DNA of 41,817 bases from an uncultured Phenylobacterium sp. (GCA_945952175.1 CAMFHW010000001.1:1-41817), one strand, 5' to 3'; shown: positions 20,673 through 29,358, numbered from the stretch's first letter. Translations and numbers: made by a program. Notes: a model not told the origin generated them from the letters alone.

Positions 20673-21608
20673 TCAAGTCGCTGGATGGTCGCGCACCTCG
20701 ATGGTGACGTGGCTGAGCCCATCCAAGCCCGCCAATCGCGCGCGATAGTGGTTAACGGGCGATAAACCGGCGCCGCCCAGGACCACGATCGCGGCATGAT
20801 GTCCCGGTCCCAGCCGCCACAGATGCAGGTCCAGCACCTTCGCGCCGTCCGCCTCGAGCCGCGCCTTGATCTCGGCGGTCAGCTCCGCCGAGGGATTCAT
20901 GTCGAGCAGGGTGGCGCCTGCACGGCTCAGCAAAGTCCAGGCGAACTGGGCCACCAGGGCCGCGCCGGCCAGCGCCATGAGCGGGTCGGCCCAGGTCCAG
21001 CCCAGCCAGCGGCCGCCCGCCAGCCCCGCCACGGTGAGGGCGGAGATGGCCGCGTCGGCGGTCAGGTGGAGGTGCGCGGCCGAGAGGTTCAAATCCCCGT
21101 GACGATCGTGCGCGTGGACGTGGGCGGGCTTCAGCAGCCAGACGCAGACCAGGTTCACGGCGAGCGCGCCGGTCGCCAGCACCATGGCGCTGGGATAGTC
21201 GACCGCGCCCGGGTTCATCAGGCGCTGCACGCTCTCGATGGCGATCAGGACGGCGGTGACGCCGAGGACCACGGCGTTGCCGAACCCGGCCAGGTAGCCG
21301 ACCTTGCCGGTGCCGAAGGAAAAGCGTGGATCAACCGCGTAGCGCCGGGCCACCGCATAGGCCAGCGCCGCCGCCGTCAGGGCCGCGACGTGGGCGCCCA
21401 TATGCACCCCGCCGGCGACCAGGGCGATGGAGCGGAAGGCCATGCCGCCGCCGATCTGGACCACCAGGGTGGCCAGGCAGATGGCCGCCACGATCCAGGT
21501 CCGGCGCTCGTTGCGAGCGTGGTCGGCCCCCAGATAGATGCGGTCGCCCCGGAAGGCGTCGAGCGGCGTTTGCAATTCGCCCGTTTGCAAGTTGCTGGGG
21601 GTGGTCAC
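20673..21608 (-). CDS. Cation diffusion facilitator (DmeF-like Co/Ni/Zn efflux)
   Basis: HARNERRTW, FSFGTGKVGYLAGF, His linker HVHAHDRH, DLNLSAAHLHLTADA, DLHLWRLGPGHHAAIV, LSHVTIEV. Confidence 0.9.
   Translation of the reverse strand: MTTPSNLQTGELQTPLDAFRGDRIYLGADHARNERRTWIVAAICLATLVVQIGGGMAFRSIALVAGGVHMGAHVAALTAAALAYAVARRYAVDPRFSFGTGKVGYLAGFGNAVVLGVTAVLIAIESVQRLMNPGAVDYPSAMVLATGALAVNLVCVWLLKPAHVHAHDRHGDLNLSAAHLHLTADAAISALTVAGLAGGRWLGWTWADPLMALAGAALVAQFAWTLLSRAGATLLDMNPSAELTAEIKARLEADGAKVLDLHLWRLGPGHHAAIVVLGGAGLSPVNHYRARLAGLDGLSHVTIEVRDHPAT
20751..20766 (-). promoter_or_regulatory. Candidate CtrA box upstream of the serine hydrolase (inside CDF gene 3' end)
   Basis: Minus strand TTTA-TCGCCCG-TTAAC, one mismatch to TTAA-N7-TTAAC. 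Confidence 0.45.
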
Positions 21609-21635
21609 GAGGCCCTCAAGACGCCGGTCGGCGTT

Positions 21636-21658
21636 GAAGTGTTATGATATAACACCAT
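21636..21658. promoter_or_regulatory. Zur (zinc uptake regulator) box
   Basis: GAAGTGTTATGATATAACACCAT, palindromic GTGTTAT-N3-ATAACAC matching the proteobacterial Zur consensus; lies between CDF and COG0523 genes. Confidence 0.85.
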
Positions 21659-21715
21659 ATGCGGGTCAAGCGAGAGTCGGGCGGGGCTGTTCCCTCCGGC
21701 GCTCGCAAGCACTAG

Positions 21716-22777
21716 ATGGACGTCATGACCAGCAAGACCCCCGTGACCGTGCTCACCGGCTATCTCGGCGCCGGCAAGACCACTCTGCTCAACCGCATCC
21801 TCACCGAGGACCACGGCAAGAAGTACGCCGTGATCGTCAACGAGTTCGGCGAGGTCGGCATCGACAACGAGCTGATCGTCGGCGCCGACGAGGAAGTGTT
21901 CGAGATGAACAACGGCTGCGTCTGCTGCACGGTGCGCGGCGACCTGATCCGGGTGCTCTCGGGCCTGATGAAGCGCAAGGGCGGCTTCGACGCCATCGTG
22001 GTCGAGACCACGGGCCTGGCCGATCCCGGCCCGGTGGCCCAGACCTTCTTCGTGGACGACGACGTCCGCGCCAAGACCGAGCTCGACAGCGTCACCACCG
22101 TGGTCGACGCCATGCACCTGCCGCTGCGCCTGGCCGACAGCAAGGAGGCCGTCGAGCAGATCGCCTTCGCCGACCAGATCGTGTTGAACAAGACCGACCT
22201 GGTCACCGAGCACCAGCTGCGCGACGTCGAGGCCCGCATCCGCCGGCTGAACCCGCTGGCGCCGATCCACCGCGCCCAGCGCTCGAACGTGCCGCTGGAC
22301 CAGATCCTCGGCCGCGGCGGCTTCGACCTGAACCGCATCACCGAGATCCAGCCCGAATTCCTCAACCCGGCCCATGGCGAACCGGGCCATGTGCATGACG
22401 AGCATTGCGAGCACGACCATGATCACCACGATCACGATCATCATGACCATGATCACCATCACCACGATCACGCGGCCGAAGCCGGCATCCGCGGCATCTC
22501 CCTCACCTTCGACAAGCCGCTGAACGGCAACAAGGTGACCGCCTGGCTGAACGACGTGCTGCAGGCCCAGGGCCCCGATATCCTGCGGGCCAAGGGCATA
22601 CTCGACGTCGCCGGCGAGAACCGCCGCCTGGTGTTCCAGGCCGTGCACATGATCCTCGAAGGCGACTTCCAGCGCGACTGGCGCGCCGACGAGCCGCGCT
22701 TCTCGCGGATGGTCTTCATCGGCCGCAATCTCGACGAAGCCGCCCTGAAAGCCGGCTTCGAGGCCTGCGCGGCCTAA
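21716..22777 (+). CDS. COG0523/CobW-family metallochaperone GTPase with His-rich insert (alternative start 21725)
   Basis: GYLGAGKTT, VNEFGE, GCVCC, ETTGLADP, NKTD, His/Asp tract HVHDEHCEHDHDHHDHDHHDHDHHHHDH, CobW_C LRAKG...FQAVH. Confidence 0.95.
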   Translation: MDVMTSKTPVTVLTGYLGAGKTTLLNRILTEDHGKKYAVIVNEFGEVGIDNELIVGADEEVFEMNNGCVCCTVRGDLIRVLSGLMKRKGGFDAIVVETTGLADPGPVAQTFFVDDDVRAKTELDSVTTVVDAMHLPLRLADSKEAVEQIAFADQIVLNKTDLVTEHQLRDVEARIRRLNPLAPIHRAQRSNVPLDQILGRGGFDLNRITEIQPEFLNPAHGEPGHVHDEHCEHDHDHHDHDHHDHDHHHHDHAAEAGIRGISLTFDKPLNGNKVTAWLNDVLQAQGPDILRAKGILDVAGENRRLVFQAVHMILEGDFQRDWRADEPRFSRMVFIGRNLDEAALKAGFEACAA

Positions 22778-23199
22778 AGCTCTTCGTTCACCAGGCCGAC
22801 TTTCAGGAAGCCGGCGGCGTGGAGGGTGTCCATGACCGCCATGAACTGCTTGTAGCGGACCTTGCGGTCGGCCCGGACGAAGACCTGTTCCTCGGTCGGC
22901 CGGGGTTTCTTGATCTCGCGGGCCAGGTCCGCGCCCAGCCGGTCGAGGCTGGTGGGGCGTTCGCCGATCAGCAGGCCGCCGCCCGTTTGGATGTTGATGA
23001 TGGTCGGCGGATCGACCGGCCCGGCCGGCGCCTTGGCCGGCGGCAGGTTCAGCGGCAGCGTGGTCACCGGCGCGGGCAGCGCGACCATGAAGATGATCAG
23101 CAGGACCAGCATCACGTCGACGAGGGGCGTGACGTTGATGTCGCTGTTCTGTCCCAGGCGGAATCGCCCGCCGCCGCCGGCCGCCAGTTTCAGTCCCAT
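22774..23199 (-). CDS. exbD: Biopolymer transport protein ExbD/TolR (copy 2)
   Basis: SDINVTPLVDVMLVLLIIFMV, VRADRKVRY; ATG 23199 with GGAG SD. Confidence 0.92.
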   Translation of the reverse strand: MGLKLAAGGGGRFRLGQNSDINVTPLVDVMLVLLIIFMVALPAPVTTLPLNLPPAKAPAGPVDPPTIINIQTGGGLLIGERPTSLDRLGADLAREIKKPRPTEEQVFVRADRKVRYKQFMAVMDTLHAAGFLKVGLVNEEL

Positions 23200-23280
23200 C
23201 TCGCGCTCCATGAGTTTACGGACGTAGTTTCGGAGCCTGCGCTTGAGAACTACGAATGTAAACTGATTTCGAGCGGGCAT

Positions 23281-23316
23281 GAAAAAGCCCGCCAGGGTCT
23301 CCCCAGGCGGGCCTTC
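23281..23316 (-). terminator. Rho-independent terminator between the two exbD genes
   Basis: Minus strand GGCCCGCCTGGGGAGACCCTGGCGGGC followed by TTTTTC. Confidence 0.8.
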
Positions 23317-23336
23317 TCGAAGCTTGTCCGAAGCGC

Positions 23337-23768
23337 TTAGAGCTCTTCGTTGATCAGGGCGACCTGGAAGTAGCCATTGCCCTGCAGGGTGTTCATGACG
23401 GTCATGAAGTCCCCGTAGCGGACCTGACGGTCGGCGCGGATATAGACGCGCTCTTGAGTCGGGTCCGGCTTGTTCAGCTTGCGGGCCAGGTCCGCCGGCA
23501 GGGTCGCGACCGAGGTCGGGATGTCGCCGATGAAGATGCCGCCGCCCGCCTGGATATTGATCAGGGTGGGCTCTTCGATCTTCGCGCCAGGCGGCGGCGG
23601 GATCGCCGGCGGCAGGTCGAGCTTGATCGACACGGTGGCGGCCGGAATGGCGACCATGAAGATGATGAGGAGCACCAGCATCACGTCCACGAAGGGCGTG
23701 ACGTTGATGTCGCTGTTCTGGCCGAGGTCGAACTTGCCGCCGCCCCCGCCGCCCAGCTTCGCACCCAT
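23337..23768 (-). CDS. exbD: Biopolymer transport protein ExbD/TolR (copy 1)
   Basis: SDINVTPFVDVMLVLLIIFMV, IRADRQVRY; ATG 23768 with GGAAGGA SD. Confidence 0.93.
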   Translation of the reverse strand: MGAKLGGGGGGKFDLGQNSDINVTPFVDVMLVLLIIFMVAIPAATVSIKLDLPPAIPPPPGAKIEEPTLINIQAGGGIFIGDIPTSVATLPADLARKLNKPDPTQERVYIRADRQVRYGDFMTVMNTLQGNGYFQVALINEEL

Positions 23769-24035
23769 ATGAGATTCCTTCCCTTGAGGGCGCGCGCCTG
23801 GGCGCCCATCTAAACTCGGCGACACCCATCGCCGACGAAATCGCGATTGTAAAGCCCCAAACCTGGCGCGCGGGGTCCGCAAATGCGCGGGCGCCCTTCC
23901 GCGACGTCCCCATGGTGAATTCACGACCTTCTGCGCAGACCGGTGTTCGCGGAGCGGAATCGGCGAAAGCGCGCCCATGACGGGTTTTCGCGCGCGGCCC
24001 GTTCCGGTCCGGCCGATCCCTCGCTATGGGAGGGC

Positions 24036-25004
24036 ATGACCTACGCCTTCGACGCCTTCGTGACCGCCGCCCTGTTCGATCGGACCGGGAAGGCCTGTTT
24101 GGGGCTCGGCGACGGGAGGGTCCGATTCGAGGGCGGCGAGGTGGTCGAGGCTCATGATGGCGCGGTGCTGTCGGCGGTGGCCCATCCGCTGGGCGGCGGC
24201 CTGATCACCGGCGGCGACGATGGGCGGCTGGTCTGGAGCCAGGCGTCGGGCGCCCAGGAAATGGCCAAGATCCCGGGCCGCTGGATCGAGGCGGTCGCCG
24301 CCAGCGCCGAATCGAAGCTGGTCGCCTTCGGGGCCGGGCGCGACCTGCAGGTCCGCGACCTCAGCGATCCGGCCTTCGCGCGGACCTTCACCCACGAGAA
24401 GTCGGTGTCCGACGTGGCCTTCGACCCCAAGGGGCGACGGATCGCGGTGGCGACCTATGGCGGGGCCTGGCTCTGGTACGCCCGCATCGCCGAGCAGAAG
24501 GCCCAGGTGCTGAAATGGGCCGGCAGCCATGTGGGCGTCGTCTGGAGCCCGGATGGCAAGTTCCTGATGAGCGCCATGCAGGAGAACCAGCTCCACGGCT
24601 GGCGGGTGGCCGACGACAAGAACCTGCGGATGGGCGGCTATCCGGCCAAGGTGAAGAGCCTGGCCTTCCTGTCGAAGGGAAACATGCTGGCGACCTCGGG
24701 CGCCAATGGCGTGGTGATCTGGCCGTTCGCCGGCCCGGCCGGTCCGCTGGGCAAGCAGGCCGCCGAGATCGGCTTCGACCAGGCCTCGATGGTGGGGCGC
24801 GTCGCCGCCGCCACCTCCGGCAATCGCGTGGCCGCCGGCCTCGATGACGGCCGGGTCTGGGTCTGCGACCTGACCAACCAGAAGATCGACATGCTGAAGG
24901 CCGAGAAGGGTTCGGCCATCAGCGCGCTGGCCATGACCCCCGACGGCAAGCGCATCGCCTGGGGCGACGAGGACGGCGGCGCGGGGGTCTTCGAGATCGG
25001 CTAG
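24036..25004 (+). CDS. WD40-repeat beta-propeller protein
   Basis: Repeating units (LITGGDDGRLVW, VAFDPKG, VWSPDGKF, AMTPDGKR), QENQLHGW and MGGYPAKV typical of CobW-associated WD40 proteins; ATG 24036. Confidence 0.88.
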   Translation: MTYAFDAFVTAALFDRTGKACLGLGDGRVRFEGGEVVEAHDGAVLSAVAHPLGGGLITGGDDGRLVWSQASGAQEMAKIPGRWIEAVAASAESKLVAFGAGRDLQVRDLSDPAFARTFTHEKSVSDVAFDPKGRRIAVATYGGAWLWYARIAEQKAQVLKWAGSHVGVVWSPDGKFLMSAMQENQLHGWRVADDKNLRMGGYPAKVKSLAFLSKGNMLATSGANGVVIWPFAGPAGPLGKQAAEIGFDQASMVGRVAAATSGNRVAAGLDDGRVWVCDLTNQKIDMLKAEKGSAISALAMTPDGKRIAWGDEDGGAGVFEIG

Positions 25005-25663
25005 TCCCAGCCGCGCAGTTCGGCCCAGGTGTCGAATGGGTCGCGGGCGGAGCGCCAGCCGTTGATGGCGTGGGTGTCGTCGCGCCAGCCGAGCGCCATG
25101 CCGGAGAAGATCATGTGGTCGTCCGGGAAACCCAGGACCTCGGCCAGGGTCTTCGGGTAACGGGCCCAGTATTCCTGGGCGCAGGTGTCCAGCCCGCGCT
25201 CGGTGGCCAGCAGCATGACGGTCTGCATGTACATGCCGAGGTCCGACCATTGCGGCGGGCCGAGCTTGCGGTCGAGGCAGAAGAACAGGCCGACCGGGGC
25301 GCCGAACAGTTCGCCGTTGCGGGCGAGCTGGCGCAGGCGGGCGGGCTTGTCCTCCCGCGGGATGCTGATCGAGGCGTAGAGGTCCTCGCCATTCACGAAG
25401 CGGCGGGTGCGGAAGGGGTCCCAGAGATTGGGCGGATAGACGTCGTATTCCGGCGTCTCGCCTATCGGATTGGCCGCCACCTTGGCCTTCAGCTCGGCCA
25501 GCGCCGGGCCGGACAGGGCATAGACCCGCCAGGGCTGGAGATTGCCGCCCGATGGGGCGCGGGCCGCCGCCTCGAGGATCTCCTGGACGACGGCCTTGGG
25601 CGGGGTTTCCGGCTTGAAGGCCCGGACTGAAATCCGACGCCCGACGGCTTCGCTGACGTTCAT
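25001..25663 (-). CDS. Nitroreductase family protein
   Basis: RRISVRAF, AARAPSGGNLQPW, FGAPVGLF, GLDTCAQ; start at ATG 25663. Confidence 0.92.
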   Translation of the reverse strand: MNVSEAVGRRISVRAFKPETPPKAVVQEILEAAARAPSGGNLQPWRVYALSGPALAELKAKVAANPIGETPEYDVYPPNLWDPFRTRRFVNGEDLYASISIPREDKPARLRQLARNGELFGAPVGLFFCLDRKLGPPQWSDLGMYMQTVMLLATERGLDTCAQEYWARYPKTLAEVLGFPDDHMIFSGMALGWRDDTHAINGWRSARDPFDTWAELRGWD

Positions 25664-25747
25664 GCCTTCATCTCCCGTGCGCTGCACCTTGACCGGCGCC
25701 ACGGCTTGGCTAGCACTGGTCCGTAAGGTCAAGACAACCCTCCGGAC

Positions 25748-26455
25748 ATGGCCAAGAGTTCGAACCCCAGCCTCGTCGGGCGCATCGTCCGCTTCATCTT
25801 CGCCCTGGTGGCGATCTTCCTGATCATCGGCCCGATCCTGGTGGTGTCGATCTACCGCTTCGTGCCGCCGCCGATCACCTATCTGATGGTCGAGCGGATG
25901 TTCGAGGGGCGCGGCTTCGACCGCCAGTGGCGGCCGATCAAGCAGATCTCGCCGGTCCTGACCCGCTCGGTGATCGCCGCCGAGGACGCCAAGTTCTGCG
26001 AGCACCACGGCTTCGACTTCGACGCCATGCAGAAGGCGATGGAGCACAACGAGGATTCCAAGCGCATCCGCGGCGGGTCCACCATCAGCCAGCAGACCGC
26101 CAAGAACGTTTTCCTGTGGCCGGATCGCTCCTATGTCCGCAAGGGCCTGGAGGCCTATTTCACCCTGCTGATCGAAGGCCTGTGGGGCAAGCAGCGGATC
26201 ATGGAGGTCTATCTCAACAGCGTCGAATGGGGGCCAGGCGTCTATGGCGCCGAGTCCGCGTCGCTGAAGAACTTCGGGGTGGGCGCGGACAAGCTGTCGC
26301 CCGCCCAGGCCGCGCGGCTGGCGGCGATCCTGCCCAGCCCGTTGAAGTGGAAGGCGGCGGCGCCGGGCCCCTATGTGAAGCGGCGCTCCGGCAAGATCGG
26401 CGCGGCCGCGGGGACCGTGCGCCAGCGGGGGATGGCGGATTGCGTGCTGGGCTAG
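25748..26455 (+). CDS. mtgA: Monofunctional biosynthetic peptidoglycan transglycosylase
   Basis: N-terminal [46 protein letters not shown]. Confidence 0.96.
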   Translation: MAKSSNPSLVGRIVRFIFALVAIFLIIGPILVVSIYRFVPPPITYLMVERMFEGRGFDRQWRPIKQISPVLTRSVIAAEDAKFCEHHGFDFDAMQKAMEHNEDSKRIRGGSTISQQTAKNVFLWPDRSYVRKGLEAYFTLLIEGLWGKQRIMEVYLNSVEWGPGVYGAESASLKNFGVGADKLSPAQAARLAAILPSPLKWKAAAPGPYVKRRSGKIGAAAGTVRQRGMADCVLG

Positions 26456-26475
26456 GGGAGCTCCTCGCCACTCCA

Positions 26476-26581
26476 GACGTCATCGCCGGGCTTGTCCCGG
26501 CGACCCATACGCGCCCGGCGTTCAGGATGGATCCGAAAGGCGGAGATCATGGGTGGCCGGGACAAGCCCGGCCATGACGTC
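26476..26581. repeat. CGTC-tagged palindromic repeat (paired, REPIN-like)
   Basis: GACGTCATCGCCGGGCTTGTCCCGGCGACCCAT ... ATGGGTGGCCGGGACAAGCCCGGCCATGACGTC, 33-bp inverted repeat with 2 mismatches. Confidence 0.88.
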
Positions 26582-26593
26582 GGTAGAAAGCGC

Positions 26594-27301
26594 TCAGGCC
26601 GCCCAGCGCGCCAGGTCCTGGCGGCCTTGCAGCACGTCCAGCACGTCGCCCATCGAGAACCCCGGATCGGCGGGGTGCAGGGCGTCGTAGACGCCGCGCG
26701 CGAAGGCCAGGTCGGCGGGCGTCTTCACCCGCCAGTCCAGGTGCGACAGGTCGCGGCGCGACAGGCAGTGGGCCTGCGGATAGCGGCCGGGCTCGGCGCG
26801 GATGCGGGCGAGCGGCGAGGTCTGGGCGGCGGTGGCTTCGTCGGTCTCGGCGGCGGTGCGGGCCAGGGCTTCGGCCGTGACGACCTCGACCTCCAGGCCA
26901 CGGGGATAGGTCCGCTCGACGCGGTTCGAGGCGTAGGCGGCCCCGGCGGACAGGGCCAGGTGCACGGTCTCGTCGACGATGGCCGGATCGACGAAGGGGC
27001 TGTCGCCCTTGACGCGGACCACGTGGCCGACCGGGCCGGCCGCCTCGACGCAGCGCATGAAGCGATGGCTGAGATTCTCCGGCTCGCCGCGGAACACGGT
27101 CTGGCCGCGGGCGACCAGGAAGCTGGCCAACGGATCGTCGGCGGCCTCGGCGCTGGTGGCGACCACGATGCGCGACAGGGTGCGGGCCAGGCGCAGGCGC
27201 TCGACCTGGCGCCAGACCATGGGCTCGCCGCGCAGCGGGGCCATGGCCTTGCCCGGCAGTCGAGGCGAGGTCATGCGGACCTGAAGAATGGCGAGGATCA
27301 T
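26594..27301 (-). CDS. SpsF/FlmC-like cytidylyltransferase-family protein, active site apparently degenerate
   Basis: MILAILQVRMTSPRLPGK, VVATS..ADDPL, FRG, GDSPFVDP, TYPRGLEVEV; late motif reads RVKTPADL. Confidence 0.8.
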   Translation of the reverse strand: MILAILQVRMTSPRLPGKAMAPLRGEPMVWRQVERLRLARTLSRIVVATSAEAADDPLASFLVARGQTVFRGEPENLSHRFMRCVEAAGPVGHVVRVKGDSPFVDPAIVDETVHLALSAGAAYASNRVERTYPRGLEVEVVTAEALARTAAETDEATAAQTSPLARIRAEPGRYPQAHCLSRRDLSHLDWRVKTPADLAFARGVYDALHPADPGFSMGDVLDVLQGRQDLARWAA

Positions 27302-27334
27302 CAGCGGGCTCCCTAGTCCCGCCGGGCGGCTCTT

Positions 27335-28207
27335 TTAGGCGGCGGCCCAGGCGCGGGGGTCGAGGGCGACCGGATCGTCGATCGCCATCTCGTCCCAATC
27401 CAGTTCGGGCGGCGGACTGGCGGCGGCCCGGATCACGGCGTTCAGTTCGGCGGCCGAGGCCACGCCCACCAGCACGGCGGCGGCCTCGGGACGCGACAGG
27501 GCGAAGCCCAGCGCCGCCTGCAGCGGGTCGGACTTGCCTTCGGCGATCATGCGCCGCGCCTTGGAGATGCGGGCGGCGGCTTCCTTGAGGTGGTTCGGCG
27601 CGCGGTCCGGCGGCAGGAGCAGCAGGCCGTTCAGGAAGATGGAGCGCAGGTGCACCTCCATCCCGAGGCCGGTGATGGCGGCCAGCGTGCCGTCGACGAT
27701 CAGGCGCTGGGCGAGCAGGCTGGCCGGCGCCTGGACCACGGCGGGCCGGAAGCGGCGGGCGAGGCCCAGCGGGTCGTCGGAGGCGAAGACCGAGATGCCG
27801 ATCTTCTTGGTGAGCCCCTGGTCCTTCAGCGCCTTCAGCCGATCCCACAGGGCCAGGCCGTGCGGGCCGAACAGCTCGGAAGCGGAGGGCACGAAGATGC
27901 AGTCGGCCTGGTCGACGCCCAGCCGGCGCAGGGCCGCGCGGGCCTCGGCTTCCACCAGGTCGGGGCCGCGGTCGGCGCGCACGGTCGAGATCGAAATCCG
28001 GAACGGGTTCGGGCGCGGCATCATATCGCCGATGGCGCTCTCCGACTGCGGCGAGCGGCCGGCCAGGTCGAGCACACCGAGACGCGAGCGCGCGGCGATT
28101 TCCAGGATGTCGCGGACCTCCGCACCGGGCGGGCGGCCGCGGGCGCTGGCCTGTTCCAGGGGGAACTGCCCGGAACCCAGGCCCAGCTTGGAAAGCGGAG
28201 AGGTCAT
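27335..28207 (-). CDS. kidO: KidO-like catalytically degenerate aldo-keto reductase homolog
   Basis: AKR fold (SKLGLGSGQF, KKIGISV, QAPASLL, VHLRSIFLNGLL, VLVGV) lacking the catalytic Tyr (LDLAGRSPQSE); upstream CtrA-like box; Ala-rich C-terminus. Symbol inferred from these traits, not from an alignment. Confidence 0.7.
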   Translation of the reverse strand: MTSPLSKLGLGSGQFPLEQASARGRPPGAEVRDILEIAARSRLGVLDLAGRSPQSESAIGDMMPRPNPFRISISTVRADRGPDLVEAEARAALRRLGVDQADCIFVPSASELFGPHGLALWDRLKALKDQGLTKKIGISVFASDDPLGLARRFRPAVVQAPASLLAQRLIVDGTLAAITGLGMEVHLRSIFLNGLLLLPPDRAPNHLKEAAARISKARRMIAEGKSDPLQAALGFALSRPEAAAVLVGVASAAELNAVIRAAASPPPELDWDEMAIDDPVALDPRAWAAA

Positions 28208-28281
28208 GAAGTGGTGTTGACGCTGGCTACGAAACCGATGAGCCCCCATGTTCCCGCAAAGGCCTAAAGAAGCCGTGTCTT

Positions 28282-28301
28282 GAATCTTTATGGGGGGTTA
28301 A
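28282..28301 (-). promoter_or_regulatory. Candidate CtrA box with adjacent CcrM (GANTC) site upstream of kidO
   Basis: Minus strand TTAA-CCCCCCA-TAAA (7-nt spacer, 1 mismatch) abutting GAATC at 28282-28286. Confidence 0.6.
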
Positions 28302-28311
28302 GTTGGAACCC

Positions 28312-29328
28312 ATGCGAGAGCCCCTGCCCGAGTGGCCGATGTTCGGCCTGGCCGACGACGTTCGGCCCGCCCTGCGCCGCGCCGTGGCGGCGCGCACGCC
28401 CATGGTGCTGGCCACCCTGACCTCGGTGGAAGGCGGCGGTCCGCGCCCACCCGGGACCCAGATGGTGTTCGCCCCGGGCGGCCCAGGCCGCGAGGCGATC
28501 GTCTCCGGCTATTTCTCGGGCGGCTGCGTGGAATCCGATATCGCCGACCATGCCCAGGCCTGCCTCGAGGACGGTGTGGCGCGCAGGCTGGTCTATGGCG
28601 AGGGCAGCCCCTGGCCCGACATCCAGCTGCTGTGCGGGGCGCGAATCGAGATCTTCCTCGAACGGATCGAGCCCAACAGCGCGGCCCTGGCCGAACTGCT
28701 GAAGGCCGAGGCCGAACGGCAGCCGGCGCTGTGGATCACCGACGGCCTGAAGCGTCGCTGCGTGGCGCCCGGCGAGTTGGAGCCCTGGGCGGGCGCGATC
28801 AGCCGCGCCTACGACCCCGTGCCCCGCCTGATCGTCTTCGGCTCCGACCCGACGGCGCTGGCCATCGCCCAGCTCGGCGTGCTGAGCGGGCTGGAGACCA
28901 CCTTCGTGCGCTCCAAGGGGCCGGCGGCGGCTCCGCCGATCCCCGGCCTGAACTATCGCCGCGACGATCCCCAGGCCGCGATCGACTCAATCGGGACCGA
29001 TGCCTGGACCGCCATCGCCATCGCCACCCACAACCTCGACACCGACCGTGAGGCCTTGGCCGCGGCCCTGCCGTCGCGCGCGGGCTATGTGGGCCTGCTC
29101 GGCGCCCGCAAGCGCCTGCCCGAGCGTCTGGCCCCGCTGCGCGCCGCCGGCGTGCCGGAGAGCGTGCTGATGCGGGTCCACGCCCCGATCGGTCTCGACA
29201 TCGGCGGCAAGGCGCCGTGGGAGGTGGCCGTCTCGGTGATCGGCGAGATCATGGCCCTGCGCCACGCCCGGCTTGGCGATGGCGACCGCGCCGCCCAGCC
29301 GAAACGCGACAAGGTCCCCGCCGGTTGA
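28312..29328 (+). CDS. xdhC: XdhC/CoxI-family molybdoenzyme maturation chaperone (alternative start 28303)
   Basis: GGPRPPGTQM, FSGGCVES, DIQLLCGARIEI, YVGLLGARKR, APIGLDIGGKAPWEVAVSV. Confidence 0.9.
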   Translation: MREPLPEWPMFGLADDVRPALRRAVAARTPMVLATLTSVEGGGPRPPGTQMVFAPGGPGREAIVSGYFSGGCVESDIADHAQACLEDGVARRLVYGEGSPWPDIQLLCGARIEIFLERIEPNSAALAELLKAEAERQPALWITDGLKRRCVAPGELEPWAGAISRAYDPVPRLIVFGSDPTALAIAQLGVLSGLETTFVRSKGPAAAPPIPGLNYRRDDPQAAIDSIGTDAWTAIAIATHNLDTDREALAAALPSRAGYVGLLGARKRLPERLAPLRAAGVPESVLMRVHAPIGLDIGGKAPWEVAVSVIGEIMALRHARLGDGDRAAQPKRDKVPAG

Positions 29329-29358
29329 GCTGACAGGCCGGGCGCGAGGAGGAAGTCC

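Noticed and set aside
22390-22470. Short-period CAC/GAC/CAT/GAT repeats
   Set aside because: They encode the His/Asp tract of the COG0523 protein; not a CRISPR array or VNTR
23230-23275. AT-rich stretch upstream of exbD copy 2 as a Fur box
   Set aside because: No convincing palindrome; cannot be supported without a matrix scan
22774-23978. 379-aa and 213-aa ORFs suggesting an ExbD fusion or frameshift
   Set aside because: Two separate exbD genes, each with its own SD and ATG and a terminator between them, explain the region
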